Part shown: piece by piece, positions 38,886-46,779 of the stretch
Layout: each line of letters opens with the position of its first letter
Position numbering within the stretch: position 1 is the stretch's first letter
Source of the DNA: Thermoflexales bacterium
Lineage (GTDB): Bacteria; Chloroflexota; Anaerolineae; J036; Brachytrichaceae
Assembly: GCA_034431495.1 (NCBI GenBank)
Contig: DAOUDB010000064.1
Location: 1-56,903 of the forward strand
Length of the DNA: 56,903 nucleotides
Direction: 5' to 3'
Notes under the pieces: generated by a model
Databases searched by the model: none
Seen by the model: the letters and a program-made list of their open reading frames with translations, nothing else
Told to the model about the DNA's origin: nothing
Position numbers and translations under genes: made by a program

Positions 38886-39225
38886 GTGGGTGTGGATTGC
38901 CGGCATGGCGCTGGTCACGTTTGTGGTGCGTTACCCGGTGTTGCTGCTGGTGGGCCGCATGCCCCTGCCGCAGCCCGTGTTGCGCGCGTTGAAGTTTGTG
39001 CCGGCGGCGGTGTTGACGGCTATCGTCGTCCCGGCCATCCTGTTCGACAGCGATGGCCGGATCATGATGGATTACACCAATGCGTTTCTGGTGGCCGGCG
39101 TGGTGTCAGCCGGCGTAGCGTGGCGCAGCCGCAACCTGTTGCTGACGATTGTGGCCGGCATGGCGTCGTTGTGGGTGTGGCGCTGGGTGTTAGCAGTGAT
39201 TGCGCCACAGGCGCTGCTATACTGA
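38878..39225 (+). CDS. azlD: AzlD-family small membrane protein
   Basis: 115 aa. [19 protein letters not shown]...[14 protein letters not shown] pattern. 8-nt overlap with azlC. Confidence 0.8.
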   Translation: MSEWVWIAGMALVTFVVRYPVLLLVGRMPLPQPVLRALKFVPAAVLTAIVVPAILFDSDGRIMMDYTNAFLVAGVVSAGVAWRSRNLLLTIVAGMASLWVWRWVLAVIAPQALLY

Positions 39226-39262
39226 CGCTGTCACACTCGCCGATTTGATAGAGAACTATCAC

Positions 39263-40420
39263 ATGATCGTCTCCCGCATCTTTCTCGCCAATTGGCGCAA
39301 CTTTCAAAAGGCCGATGTGAATCTGGGCGAGCGGGTGTTTGTGGTCGGTCCCAATGCGTCCGGCAAATCGAATTTCCTCGACGCTTTTCGTTTTCTGCGC
39401 GATGTGGCCCGGCACGGCTTGCAGGAAGCTGTAAGCAGCCGGGGTGGACTGTCAAAAATCCGCTGCCTGGCGGCGCGCCGATATCCCAATGTTGAAATCG
39501 ATGTGACTCTGGCGGAGCCGGACTCGCCGACGCCTTTGTGGAGATATGCGCTTGGAATCCGGCAGGAAGTGCGCGGCCACCGTCATCCTGCTCTGGTGTA
39601 CGAGCGCGTCTGGCGAGGCGAAGAACAGATTGTCGACCGCCCCAATGACGAAGATCGCCGGGATGAACTCCGTTTGACGCAGACATACCTGGAACAGGTA
39701 AACGCGAATGCGCAATTCCGCGAGATCGCCGGCTTTCTGAGATCAACGCTCTATCTGCACCTCATCCCGCAGTTGCTCAGGTATCCCGAAGCGTTTCCGA
39801 ACGCAGGTCTGCCGGACGATCCATTCGGGCGCAGCTTTCTGGAGCGTGTGGCGCGCACACCCGAAAAGACGAGGAGGTCGAGGCTGAGGCGCATTGAACA
39901 GGCGTTGCGGCTGGCGGTGCCTCAACTGAAGCAGCTTGCCGAGGTCAAAGATGAGCGTGGCGTGCCGCATCTCGAAGCACTCTACGAGCACTGGCGTCCG
40001 CACGGCGCAAAACAGCGCGAAGACCAGTTCTCTGACGGCACCCTGAGACTGATCGGACTCCTGTGGTCTCTCCTGGAGAGCGATTCGCTGCTGCTGTTGG
40101 AGGAGCCGGAGCTTTCACTGAACGCGGCGATTGTCCGCAAATTGCCGGCCATCATCTATCGTCTGCAACGCCAGAAGAGACGCCAGGTGATTATCAGCAC
40201 TCACAGCTTTGACCTGTTGTCCGACAGAGGGATCGGCGGCGAAGAGGCATTGCTGCTCACGCCGGGGCCGGATGGCACACGAATAGACGCTGCTTCCAGC
40301 CTGAAGGATGTTCGCCTGCTGCTTGAGGGTGGGAACACAGTCGCCGATGCGATCCTCGAAAGAACTGCGCCGGAGGGAATAGAGAAGTTCGGCCAACTGA
40401 AACTCGGACTTGACGAGTAA
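39263..40420 (+). CDS. ABC/OLD-type (AAA_15/AAA_21-like) ATPase
   Basis: Walker A GPNASGKSN (nt 39347-39370) following the RecF/OLD-like N-terminus MIVSRIFLANWRNF. Signature-like FSDGTLRLIGLL. Walker B LLLLEEPELSLN. H-loop VIISTHS. Start trimmed to the ATG at 39263. Confidence 0.85.
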   Translation: MIVSRIFLANWRNFQKADVNLGERVFVVGPNASGKSNFLDAFRFLRDVARHGLQEAVSSRGGLSKIRCLAARRYPNVEIDVTLAEPDSPTPLWRYALGIRQEVRGHRHPALVYERVWRGEEQIVDRPNDEDRRDELRLTQTYLEQVNANAQFREIAGFLRSTLYLHLIPQLLRYPEAFPNAGLPDDPFGRSFLERVARTPEKTRRSRLRRIEQALRLAVPQLKQLAEVKDERGVPHLEALYEHWRPHGAKQREDQFSDGTLRLIGLLWSLLESDSLLLLEEPELSLNAAIVRKLPAIIYRLQRQKRRQVIISTHSFDLLSDRGIGGEEALLLTPGPDGTRIDAASSLKDVRLLLEGGNTVADAILERTAPEGIEKFGQLKLGLDE

Positions 40421-40426
40421 GCCGTC

Positions 40427-41026
40427 ATGCTCTTCGTCGATATTGCCGTTGAGGACGCTCTCAGTGACGCCGTGTTGCGCGCGACCATTCAACAGACGCG
40501 CAATGATCTCGTGGTGCGGCACAGTTACTCAAGGGGCGGTTTTGGCTATCTCAGGAAAACCATTCGCGGCTTCAACAATGCGGCTAGGGCGGCGCCTTTC
40601 GTCGTATTGGTCGATCTGGATCAAGCGGAGTGCCCGCCTTGTCTGGTTGCCGATTGGCTGCAGTGCTCGAAGCATCCCAACCTGGTTTTTCGCGTCGCAG
40701 TTCGAGAAGTCGAAGCCTGGCTGCTTGCGCATCGAGAAGCGTTCGCCAAATACCTGGGCGTGGCTGCGTCGAAAATTCCCCTGACCCCGGACGTCTTGAG
40801 TGATCCCAAACAATTCCTTGTGAATCTGGCGCGCAGGTGCCGCTCACGGACATTGCGAGAAGCTATTGTCCCTCGCCCCGGCAGCACGGCTGTTGTCGGC
40901 CCGGACTACAACGGGGCGTTGATCGAGTTTGTGGAGCAATCCTGGAACGCGGATGCGGCAGCGGCCAACTCTGCGAGTCTCCGGCGCGCCATTGCTGCGC
41001 TGGCACAGTTTCAATTCCAGGATTGA
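40427..41026 (+). CDS. Small DUF4276-like / Toprim-like partner protein (199 aa)
   Basis: Starts 6 nt after the ATPase stop. Acidic motifs LFVDIAVED, VVLVDLDQ and REVEAWLL resemble the Toprim-like E ... DxD ... E(x)EAWLL pattern I recall for DUF4276/OLD-type partners. The size and the pairing with an AAA ATPase fit that family. Assignment is from memory and needs an HMM check. Confidence 0.6.
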   Translation: MLFVDIAVEDALSDAVLRATIQQTRNDLVVRHSYSRGGFGYLRKTIRGFNNAARAAPFVVLVDLDQAECPPCLVADWLQCSKHPNLVFRVAVREVEAWLLAHREAFAKYLGVAASKIPLTPDVLSDPKQFLVNLARRCRSRTLREAIVPRPGSTAVVGPDYNGALIEFVEQSWNADAAAANSASLRRAIAALAQFQFQD

Positions 41027-41076
41027 CTGCCCATCCGAGGACGCGCCGCCCTCATCGTCATCAGGACTAAACCCGA

Positions 41077-44000
41077 ATGGATACAGCATCTCCCGATTCC
41101 CAAGCCGATGCCCTGAATGCGCTGAACACCTTCGCCATCGATCTGACCGCGCTGGCCCTCGCCGGCAAGCTCCCCACCGCCTATGGGCGCGACCGTGAGG
41201 TGGATGACGTGTTGCGCGCGCTGGCGTCTCCCGGCTCGTTGTGTCCGATGCTGATTGGGGCGCCGCGTAGTGGCAAGACCGCGCTGGCACACCATGTGGC
41301 CAACCGCATCGCGCGCGGCGAATGCCCCGACGCGCTGCGCAACCTGCGCGTGTTCGAGACCACGCCCACGCGCCTGCTCAGCGCCTTTGGCCCGCCCGTC
41401 AATCTCGCCGCGCGGCTGGGCGAATGTCTGCCCCAACTGGCCAAAGCGCCTGTCATCCTGTTCGTGCGCGACTTTCACGTTGCCGTCGGTATGGGCACGC
41501 CGCCCGATGACAATAACCCGGACCTGGTTCAGATTGTGAGTGACCTGATGTATGGCGCGCGCCCCCGTCTGTTGTTCGAGGCGCGGCAGCGCGCGATGGA
41601 GACCGCTTTTGCCGAACGCACCAGCCTGAAGAGCCTGTTCTCACTCGTTCACGTCGACGCGCTGCCACGCGACCCAGCGATGGATGTGGCGCGCCGGGCG
41701 CGGGATGATCTGGAGATCATCCACGAGATCAATGTGGCCGACGACGCCCTTGAAGAGGCGCTTGACCTGGCGGTGCGCTTTCAGGTCAATGAGGCGCTGC
41801 CCGGCCCCATCCTCGATCTGCTCAAGGATACCCTGGCCACGTTCGATGCTGCTGCTGGCACAGCAGTGACCCGCGCTGAAGTGCGCCGGCGCTTCATTCA
41901 GCGCAGCGGCCTGCCTGAGTTTCTGGTCAGCGACGACGCCCCTTACGACGAACCCGAAGCGCGCGCCTTTCTGACCCGGCGCGTGTTCGGGCAGGAGGCG
42001 GCGGTCGAAGCGGTGCTGCGCATGATCGCGCTGGCGCGCGCGCGCTTGAACAACCCGCTGCGCCCGATGGGCGTCTTTCTCTTTCTTGGTCCGACCGGCG
42101 TCGGCAAGACCGAACTGGTGAAGGCGCTGGCGCAATATCTGTTCAGCGGGGCCGAGCGCATCGTCCGCTTCAATATGGGCGATTACGCTGAAGACTGGAC
42201 CATGCGCACGCTCTTCGGAGACCCGTGGGGCGACACAGAGTCGGAGCGCCAGGGTCGTCTGTGGATGCAACTGACCGGTCAGACGTTCGCCGTGTTGCTG
42301 CTCGACGAGTTCGAGAAAGCCAGCCCGCTGGTCAATCAGCGTTTCCTCCAGTTGTTCGACGAGGGCATTCTGATCAACGGCCAGGGCGAAGAGCTGAATT
42401 TGCGCAACATGATCATCGTGCTCACGTCCAACCTCGGCGCGCGACTGGTGGGCGCCGGCCTTGGCTTCAAGCTGGTTGATCCACTCGAGGATGCCGAGCG
42501 GGCAGTGATGCGCGCCAGCGAGTCGTATTTCCAGCCGGAGTTCATCAACCGACTGGACGCGGTGTGCTTCTTCAAGCCGCTCTCGCGCCACGTGACGCGC
42601 CAGATTGCGCAGCGCGAGATCAGCGAGGTGATCGCCCGCGACGGCATTCAGCGCCGCCGACTGCGCGTGAGCGTGGATGACAGCGCCATCGATCTCATGG
42701 TGGAGCGCGGCTATGACCTGCAATTTGGCGCGCGCTATCTCAAGCGGCAGATCGAGCGCAGCATCACGTATCCGCTGGCGCGCCAGATTGCCCGCAAGCG
42801 CATCGAGCCGGGCGCGACCGTCCGGCTGTTTGCCCGCAACGGCGAGATCGTCGTCGGCTTGTTGGATGAGCGCCCCGACGAGGCCGGCGAGGCTGACCTG
42901 CCGGCAACCCTTCCGGCCGGCCCTGTTGCCCTGGCAAGTGCGAAAGAGTTGAAAGCGCGCCTCGATGTGTTGAGCGCGCGCCTCGACCGGCTGATCGAGC
43001 AGCACGGTATTGCCGAACTGAAGGAGCGCGTGGCGCGCATGATGGATCGCATTGGCGAGCCGGAGTTCTGGCAGGACGCCGACGCAGCCGCCGCGCAGAT
43101 CGAAGAGATGAACGCCGCGTCGCAGCGCGTGGATCAGGTGGAGCACGCGCGTCAGTTGCGCGATCAATGCGCCGAAGCGCTGACCCGCGTCGAGGTGATC
43201 CCCGCCGGCGCCCGCCGGCGCGCGGCAGAACGCGCCGAAGCGTTGACCGAGGCGGATCAATGCTGCCGTGACCTGGCGCGCGAACTTCCGCTGGCAGAGT
43301 TGGTGTTCTGTTTGCGCGAGCCGGAAGACCGGGGCGCGGCATTTGTGGTAGTGCAGGCGGTGGTCGATGAGGCCGGCCAGTTCAGCGCGCCGGCCTGCGA
43401 GTGGGCGCGCGACCTGGCTCGCATGTATATGGCCTGGGCCGAGTCGCGCGGCTTTGAAGTGACGGTATTGCACGAGCATACGGTGGATGGCGGTGAAGGC
43501 GGCGCGCGCGCCGTTGGCATTCGCGAGGCACTGCTATATATCGATGGGTTTGGGGCATACGCCTTGTTGAAAGGCGAGACCGGCTCGCACCGGCTGACGA
43601 TGGCTGCGCCGGGGAAGCGCACCGGCGCGCGGCTGACAGTGTGGGCGCGCGTAGAGGTGCTGCCGGCCGGCGTGACTGCCATTCGCAACCCGGCACGCGA
43701 GGTGAAGGTAGAGACACGGCCCATGCGCGAGCCGGCCTCTCTGGTCGAGCGCCTGACCCGCAGCGCGACCGTTACGCCACTCAAGCAGTTGACCGGCCGT
43801 GTCATCGTATGGCGCAACAATCTGGCGCCAGAGGCGATCGAGCCGCTGGCCGCGCGCTATGTGGTGGCGCTGGCGGCGCGCGGGCCGGCACAGATGGCAT
43901 CTGCTGAACCACCCGACGCCGATGGGCTGATGCCGCTCCGCGATCAGGTCAGGACGTATAGCGTGTTCAAGCAGCATCTGGTCAAGGATTTGCGCACTCA

Positions 44001-44136
44001 CTTCAGCAGCACCCAGCCCGGCAAGGTTCTGGCCGGCGCGCTGGACGATTTTCTGCTGGCCTATCTGGAGTTCGAATCGGGTCGGATACCGCGCGTTTCA
44101 GAAGCATCGAACGCCGAGGACACTGACAAACGCTGA
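41077..44136 (+). CDS. Fusion protein: ClpB-like double AAA+ ATPase (aa 1-600) + RF2-like class-I release-factor module lacking GGQ and SPF (aa 620-1000)
   Basis: NBD1: GRDREVDDVLRAL...MLIGAPRSGKTALAHHVANRIARGECPDAL with an atypical Walker B, VILFVRDFH. NBD2: VFGQEAAV, FLFLGPTGVGKTEL, LLLDEFEKA, IVLTSNLG, PEFINRLD, GARYLKRQIE. C-terminus: EPEFWQDADAAAAQIEE, WARDLARMYMAWAESRGFEV, GETGSHRL, VRTYSVFKQHLVKDLRT and LAGALDDFLLAYL, colinear with E. coli RF2 as I recall it. Confidence 0.85.
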   Translation: MDTASPDSQADALNALNTFAIDLTALALAGKLPTAYGRDREVDDVLRALASPGSLCPMLIGAPRSGKTALAHHVANRIARGECPDALRNLRVFETTPTRLLSAFGPPVNLAARLGECLPQLAKAPVILFVRDFHVAVGMGTPPDDNNPDLVQIVSDLMYGARPRLLFEARQRAMETAFAERTSLKSLFSLVHVDALPRDPAMDVARRARDDLEIIHEINVADDALEEALDLAVRFQVNEALPGPILDLLKDTLATFDAAAGTAVTRAEVRRRFIQRSGLPEFLVSDDAPYDEPEARAFLTRRVFGQEAAVEAVLRMIALARARLNNPLRPMGVFLFLGPTGVGKTELVKALAQYLFSGAERIVRFNMGDYAEDWTMRTLFGDPWGDTESERQGRLWMQLTGQTFAVLLLDEFEKASPLVNQRFLQLFDEGILINGQGEELNLRNMIIVLTSNLGARLVGAGLGFKLVDPLEDAERAVMRASESYFQPEFINRLDAVCFFKPLSRHVTRQIAQREISEVIARDGIQRRRLRVSVDDSAIDLMVERGYDLQFGARYLKRQIERSITYPLARQIARKRIEPGATVRLFARNGEIVVGLLDERPDEAGEADLPATLPAGPVALASAKELKARLDVLSARLDRLIEQHGIAELKERVARMMDRIGEPEFWQDADAAAAQIEEMNAASQRVDQVEHARQLRDQCAEALTRVEVIPAGARRRAAERAEALTEADQCCRDLARELPLAELVFCLREPEDRGAAFVVVQAVVDEAGQFSAPACEWARDLARMYMAWAESRGFEVTVLHEHTVDGGEGGARAVGIREALLYIDGFGAYALLKGETGSHRLTMAAPGKRTGARLTVWARVEVLPAGVTAIRNPAREVKVETRPMREPASLVERLTRSATVTPLKQLTGRVIVWRNNLAPEAIEPLAARYVVALAARGPAQMASAEPPDADGLMPLRDQVRTYSVFKQHLVKDLRTHFSSTQPGKVLAGALDDFLLAYLEFESGRIPRVSEASNAEDTDKR

Positions 44137-44279
44137 CTGTTTTGGCGTTCGGGTTTATTGACGCCGGTCCGGGGTACCTTGAGCAGGTAAGCGAGTGATC
44201 CGCGCGCAGCCGTGTCATCTCACCTTGCTGGCTATCGACGACTGACGGCTGCTGCGCAACCCGGCATTACAATCGCGGC

Positions 44280-45140
44280 ATGTTCCACGGCGCGCCCATC
44301 GTCCTGTCATTTGTCCAGGTCGGGCCGGCGCTGGCTGCTCGCCGACACGAGCGATCCAGGGTGGCTCTGTCACTCGACCTCGGCCTCAGCATGCAGGAAG
44401 CAGAGATCGATGATGGCGGCCTCATCTTGCCCGGCGGCGCGCATCTGTCGTGGGTCTGTCTCGAAGAGATTGCTGCTGCCGAATCCAGTTGCTTTGCCGT
44501 CGAGGCCGATGGAAGCATTCGCAAGATTCAGGCGTTCTCCGCGTTGACTCAGCGTCACTACAGCCTGTACCCAACGACCGGCGCGCCCACCATGCTGGTG
44601 TCGGGCCTGCCGATGCACCGCATCAAGGGCACCGATCCGCAGCGCGACACACTCAGCAAGATCAAGGCTGTCTCATTGACACGGGGCCGCGCGCTGGACA
44701 CCTGCACCGGCCTGGGCTACACCGCCATCGAGGCGGCCAAAGCAGCCGGCGAAGTGGTGACCATCGAACTGGACCCGGCCGCGCAGGAGATCGCCCGTCA
44801 GAATCCGTGGTCGCGGCGGTTGTTCGAGGCTCCCAATATCCGGCAGATCATTGGCGACAGCGCCGAGGTGATCGCACAGTTTGAAGAGGCGTCCTTCGCG
44901 CGCGTGATTCACGACCCGCCCACTTTTGCGCTGGCCGGCGACCTGTATTCAACCGATTTCTACCGGGAGATGTGGCGCGTGCTTCAGCCGGGGGGGCGCG
45001 TCTTTCACTACATCGGCGATCTTGACAGCAAATCGGGCAGCCGTGTGGCGCGCGGGGTGGTGGAACGCCTGCAACAAGCCGGGTTCGCGCGCGTCATTCC
45101 TCGCAACGAGGCGTTTGGTGTGGTGGCGGTCAAAGCGTAG
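44280..45140 (+). CDS. Class I SAM-dependent methyltransferase with a DPPxF motif (COG2521-like)
   Basis: Motif [16 protein letters not shown], motif [10 protein letters not shown], then [25 protein letters not shown]. An internal ATG at 44391 is an alternative start. Confidence 0.75.
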   Translation: MFHGAPIVLSFVQVGPALAARRHERSRVALSLDLGLSMQEAEIDDGGLILPGGAHLSWVCLEEIAAAESSCFAVEADGSIRKIQAFSALTQRHYSLYPTTGAPTMLVSGLPMHRIKGTDPQRDTLSKIKAVSLTRGRALDTCTGLGYTAIEAAKAAGEVVTIELDPAAQEIARQNPWSRRLFEAPNIRQIIGDSAEVIAQFEEASFARVIHDPPTFALAGDLYSTDFYREMWRVLQPGGRVFHYIGDLDSKSGSRVARGVVERLQQAGFARVIPRNEAFGVVAVKA

Positions 45141-45169
45141 CGCCCTGTGAATCGCAAACGCTGGTTGCG

Positions 45170-45910
45170 TCATCCTGTGGCTTGTTGTATCGGGAGGCCG
45201 AGACCCGCCGCTGGCATCTCATTCCATATCCGGCCCCGCAATTCCCGCCCCGCCTTCTTCTTGTTCACGCCTCCCCATTGCTTGAAGAAAAACGGCACGC
45301 CGGCGCGCCGGCACTGGTCTCGAATAGTCAGCACCCAGGATTCCTGAACAGGTCGCGCGCCGGGGCCGGATTCACCGCCGACAATCACCCAATCGATGCC
45401 TTGCAAGTCAAGGCCAGGCAACGGTCCAAGCAGCGGTTCCAGAGACAGAAACTTGATCGCGGCGCCGGTCTTGCGCAGGCAATCGATGCGGGAAATGTAG
45501 CGTTGATTCTCGACACTGACACCCATCCAGATGTTGCCGGGCCAGGTCACGCTGGCGCTCAATTCAGCCAGGCGCTCGGCGCGCTTGGTCAACACCTGGA
45601 ACCTGTGCCAATGCGCGCGGCGCATTACGTCGAAGACGCGCTGAATGAATTCGAGCGGAACATCCTTGTGAAACAGGTCGCTCATCGAATTGACGAAGAT
45701 CGTTTGCGGCTTGCGCCAACGCAGGGGTAATTCGAGCGCGTGTTCATGCAGTGTCAATCTGAAACCATTTGTGTAGTGAGGGTGTCCCATGGCCTGCAAC
45801 CGGCGCGCCATGCGCTCAGCATAGCAATGCTGGCATCCAGGGCTGATCTTCGAGCAACCGGTAAGCGGGTTCCAGGTGGATTCAGTCCATTCAATGCTGG
45901 AAGTCGCCAT
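45170..45910 (-). CDS. DUF5131 / phage Gp37-Gp68-family three-Cys protein
   Basis: N-terminus [35 protein letters not shown] (IEWT..TWNP..GC-x6-C-x2-CYA), 246 aa. Paired with a TcmP-like gene upstream. Confidence 0.82.
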   Translation of the reverse strand: MATSSIEWTESTWNPLTGCSKISPGCQHCYAERMARRLQAMGHPHYTNGFRLTLHEHALELPLRWRKPQTIFVNSMSDLFHKDVPLEFIQRVFDVMRRAHWHRFQVLTKRAERLAELSASVTWPGNIWMGVSVENQRYISRIDCLRKTGAAIKFLSLEPLLGPLPGLDLQGIDWVIVGGESGPGARPVQESWVLTIRDQCRRAGVPFFFKQWGGVNKKKAGRELRGRIWNEMPAAGLGLPIQQATG

Positions 45911-45969
45911 CTCTCGCCTCTCTCATCACACATGCCGGCGCAACCATGCCTTATCTTAGCACACCCGTT

Positions 45970-46779
45970 CTATGTTTCTGGATGCTCTGCATCCAGCAGT
46001 CGTGGCTGGTTTTGTTCACGACGCTGCTGGGCGGTCAGGTTCAGCGTCGGGAAAAATCTCTGGGCCTCGTCCGAATCCAGCCTCAAGAAGTCGATCCCCT
46101 TATAGCTCTTGAACAGATTGGTGTTGCTGCCCAGCAGGAATGTCCACTTGTGACGATCCCAGGGTATTGGTTTGCGAACGAGCCAGTAAGCTTTGCCGAT
46201 CTCTGCCATGTAGTCAGAGAGCAATTTGTGCGTGTGCTGGTACAGCCGCTTGATGTTAGTCGTGGAGATGTAGATCAAGACCTCCATCCTGGGCCGTTTC
46301 TCCGCGATGTATTGCAGCGTCTCGAAGTCCGGCAGATCCCCGCTGGGATCGACGAAAACCAGACCCAGCTCATTGGCATCGACACTTGCGGTCAGAATCG
46401 TCGGAACGATCTTCTGATACTGGCCCTTATGAACGCGCACATGCTGACATCGCCAGCCACGCCGTGTCGTTTCATTGTTGATCGCCGTCTCCAGTTCTTC
46501 CACGTTCTTTGGATTCATCTCCAGAAAATGGGCGTAGTAGGGGAATGTCATCTGGTCTGACTCGGCATGTTCCAGAAAAACCAGCGGGCTGCCCGGCTGA
46601 TCGTCTGGTGAATACCCCTTGCCGGCTGTCAGATCGATATACCGATAGTGTTGGTGGTAGCGCGCGTTCTTGCGGAGCACCGCTTGCGTCACAGCCAAAT
46701 GCATGCGAATGATCTTTGAGAGGTGTTCGAGTTTCAGTGGCGTGGTTTCGCTGTAGCCTACACCGTCTACCTCTGGCAT
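45970..46779 (-). CDS. tcmP: Three-Cys-motif partner protein TcmP-like
   Basis: YRYIDLTAGKGYSP..PGSPLVFL core resembling the TcmP family, positioned directly upstream of the DUF5131 gene. Start trimmed to the ATG at 46779 (GGAGG 6 nt upstream); the ORF-track start at 46836 is TTG. Confidence 0.7.
   Translation of the reverse strand: MPEVDGVGYSETTPLKLEHLSKIIRMHLAVTQAVLRKNARYHQHYRYIDLTAGKGYSPDDQPGSPLVFLEHAESDQMTFPYYAHFLEMNPKNVEELETAINNETTRRGWRCQHVRVHKGQYQKIVPTILTASVDANELGLVFVDPSGDLPDFETLQYIAEKRPRMEVLIYISTTNIKRLYQHTHKLLSDYMAEIGKAYWLVRKPIPWDRHKWTFLLGSNTNLFKSYKGIDFLRLDSDEAQRFFPTLNLTAQQRREQNQPRLLDAEHPET

Noticed and set aside
41641-43479. 612-aa minus-strand ORF antisense to the AAA+/RF-like fusion
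   Set aside because: Low-complexity Ala/Arg/Leu/Gln composition. The plus-strand frame carries canonical AAA+ and RF2-like motifs throughout.
44137-44279. Terminator or promoter signals between the AAA+/RF-like gene and the methyltransferase gene
   Set aside because: Only weak, imperfect stems (aacgc...gcgtt) are present. A TACAAT hexamer lies 9 nt from the ATG with no convincing -35. This is too weak to decide whether the methyltransferase is co-transcribed.
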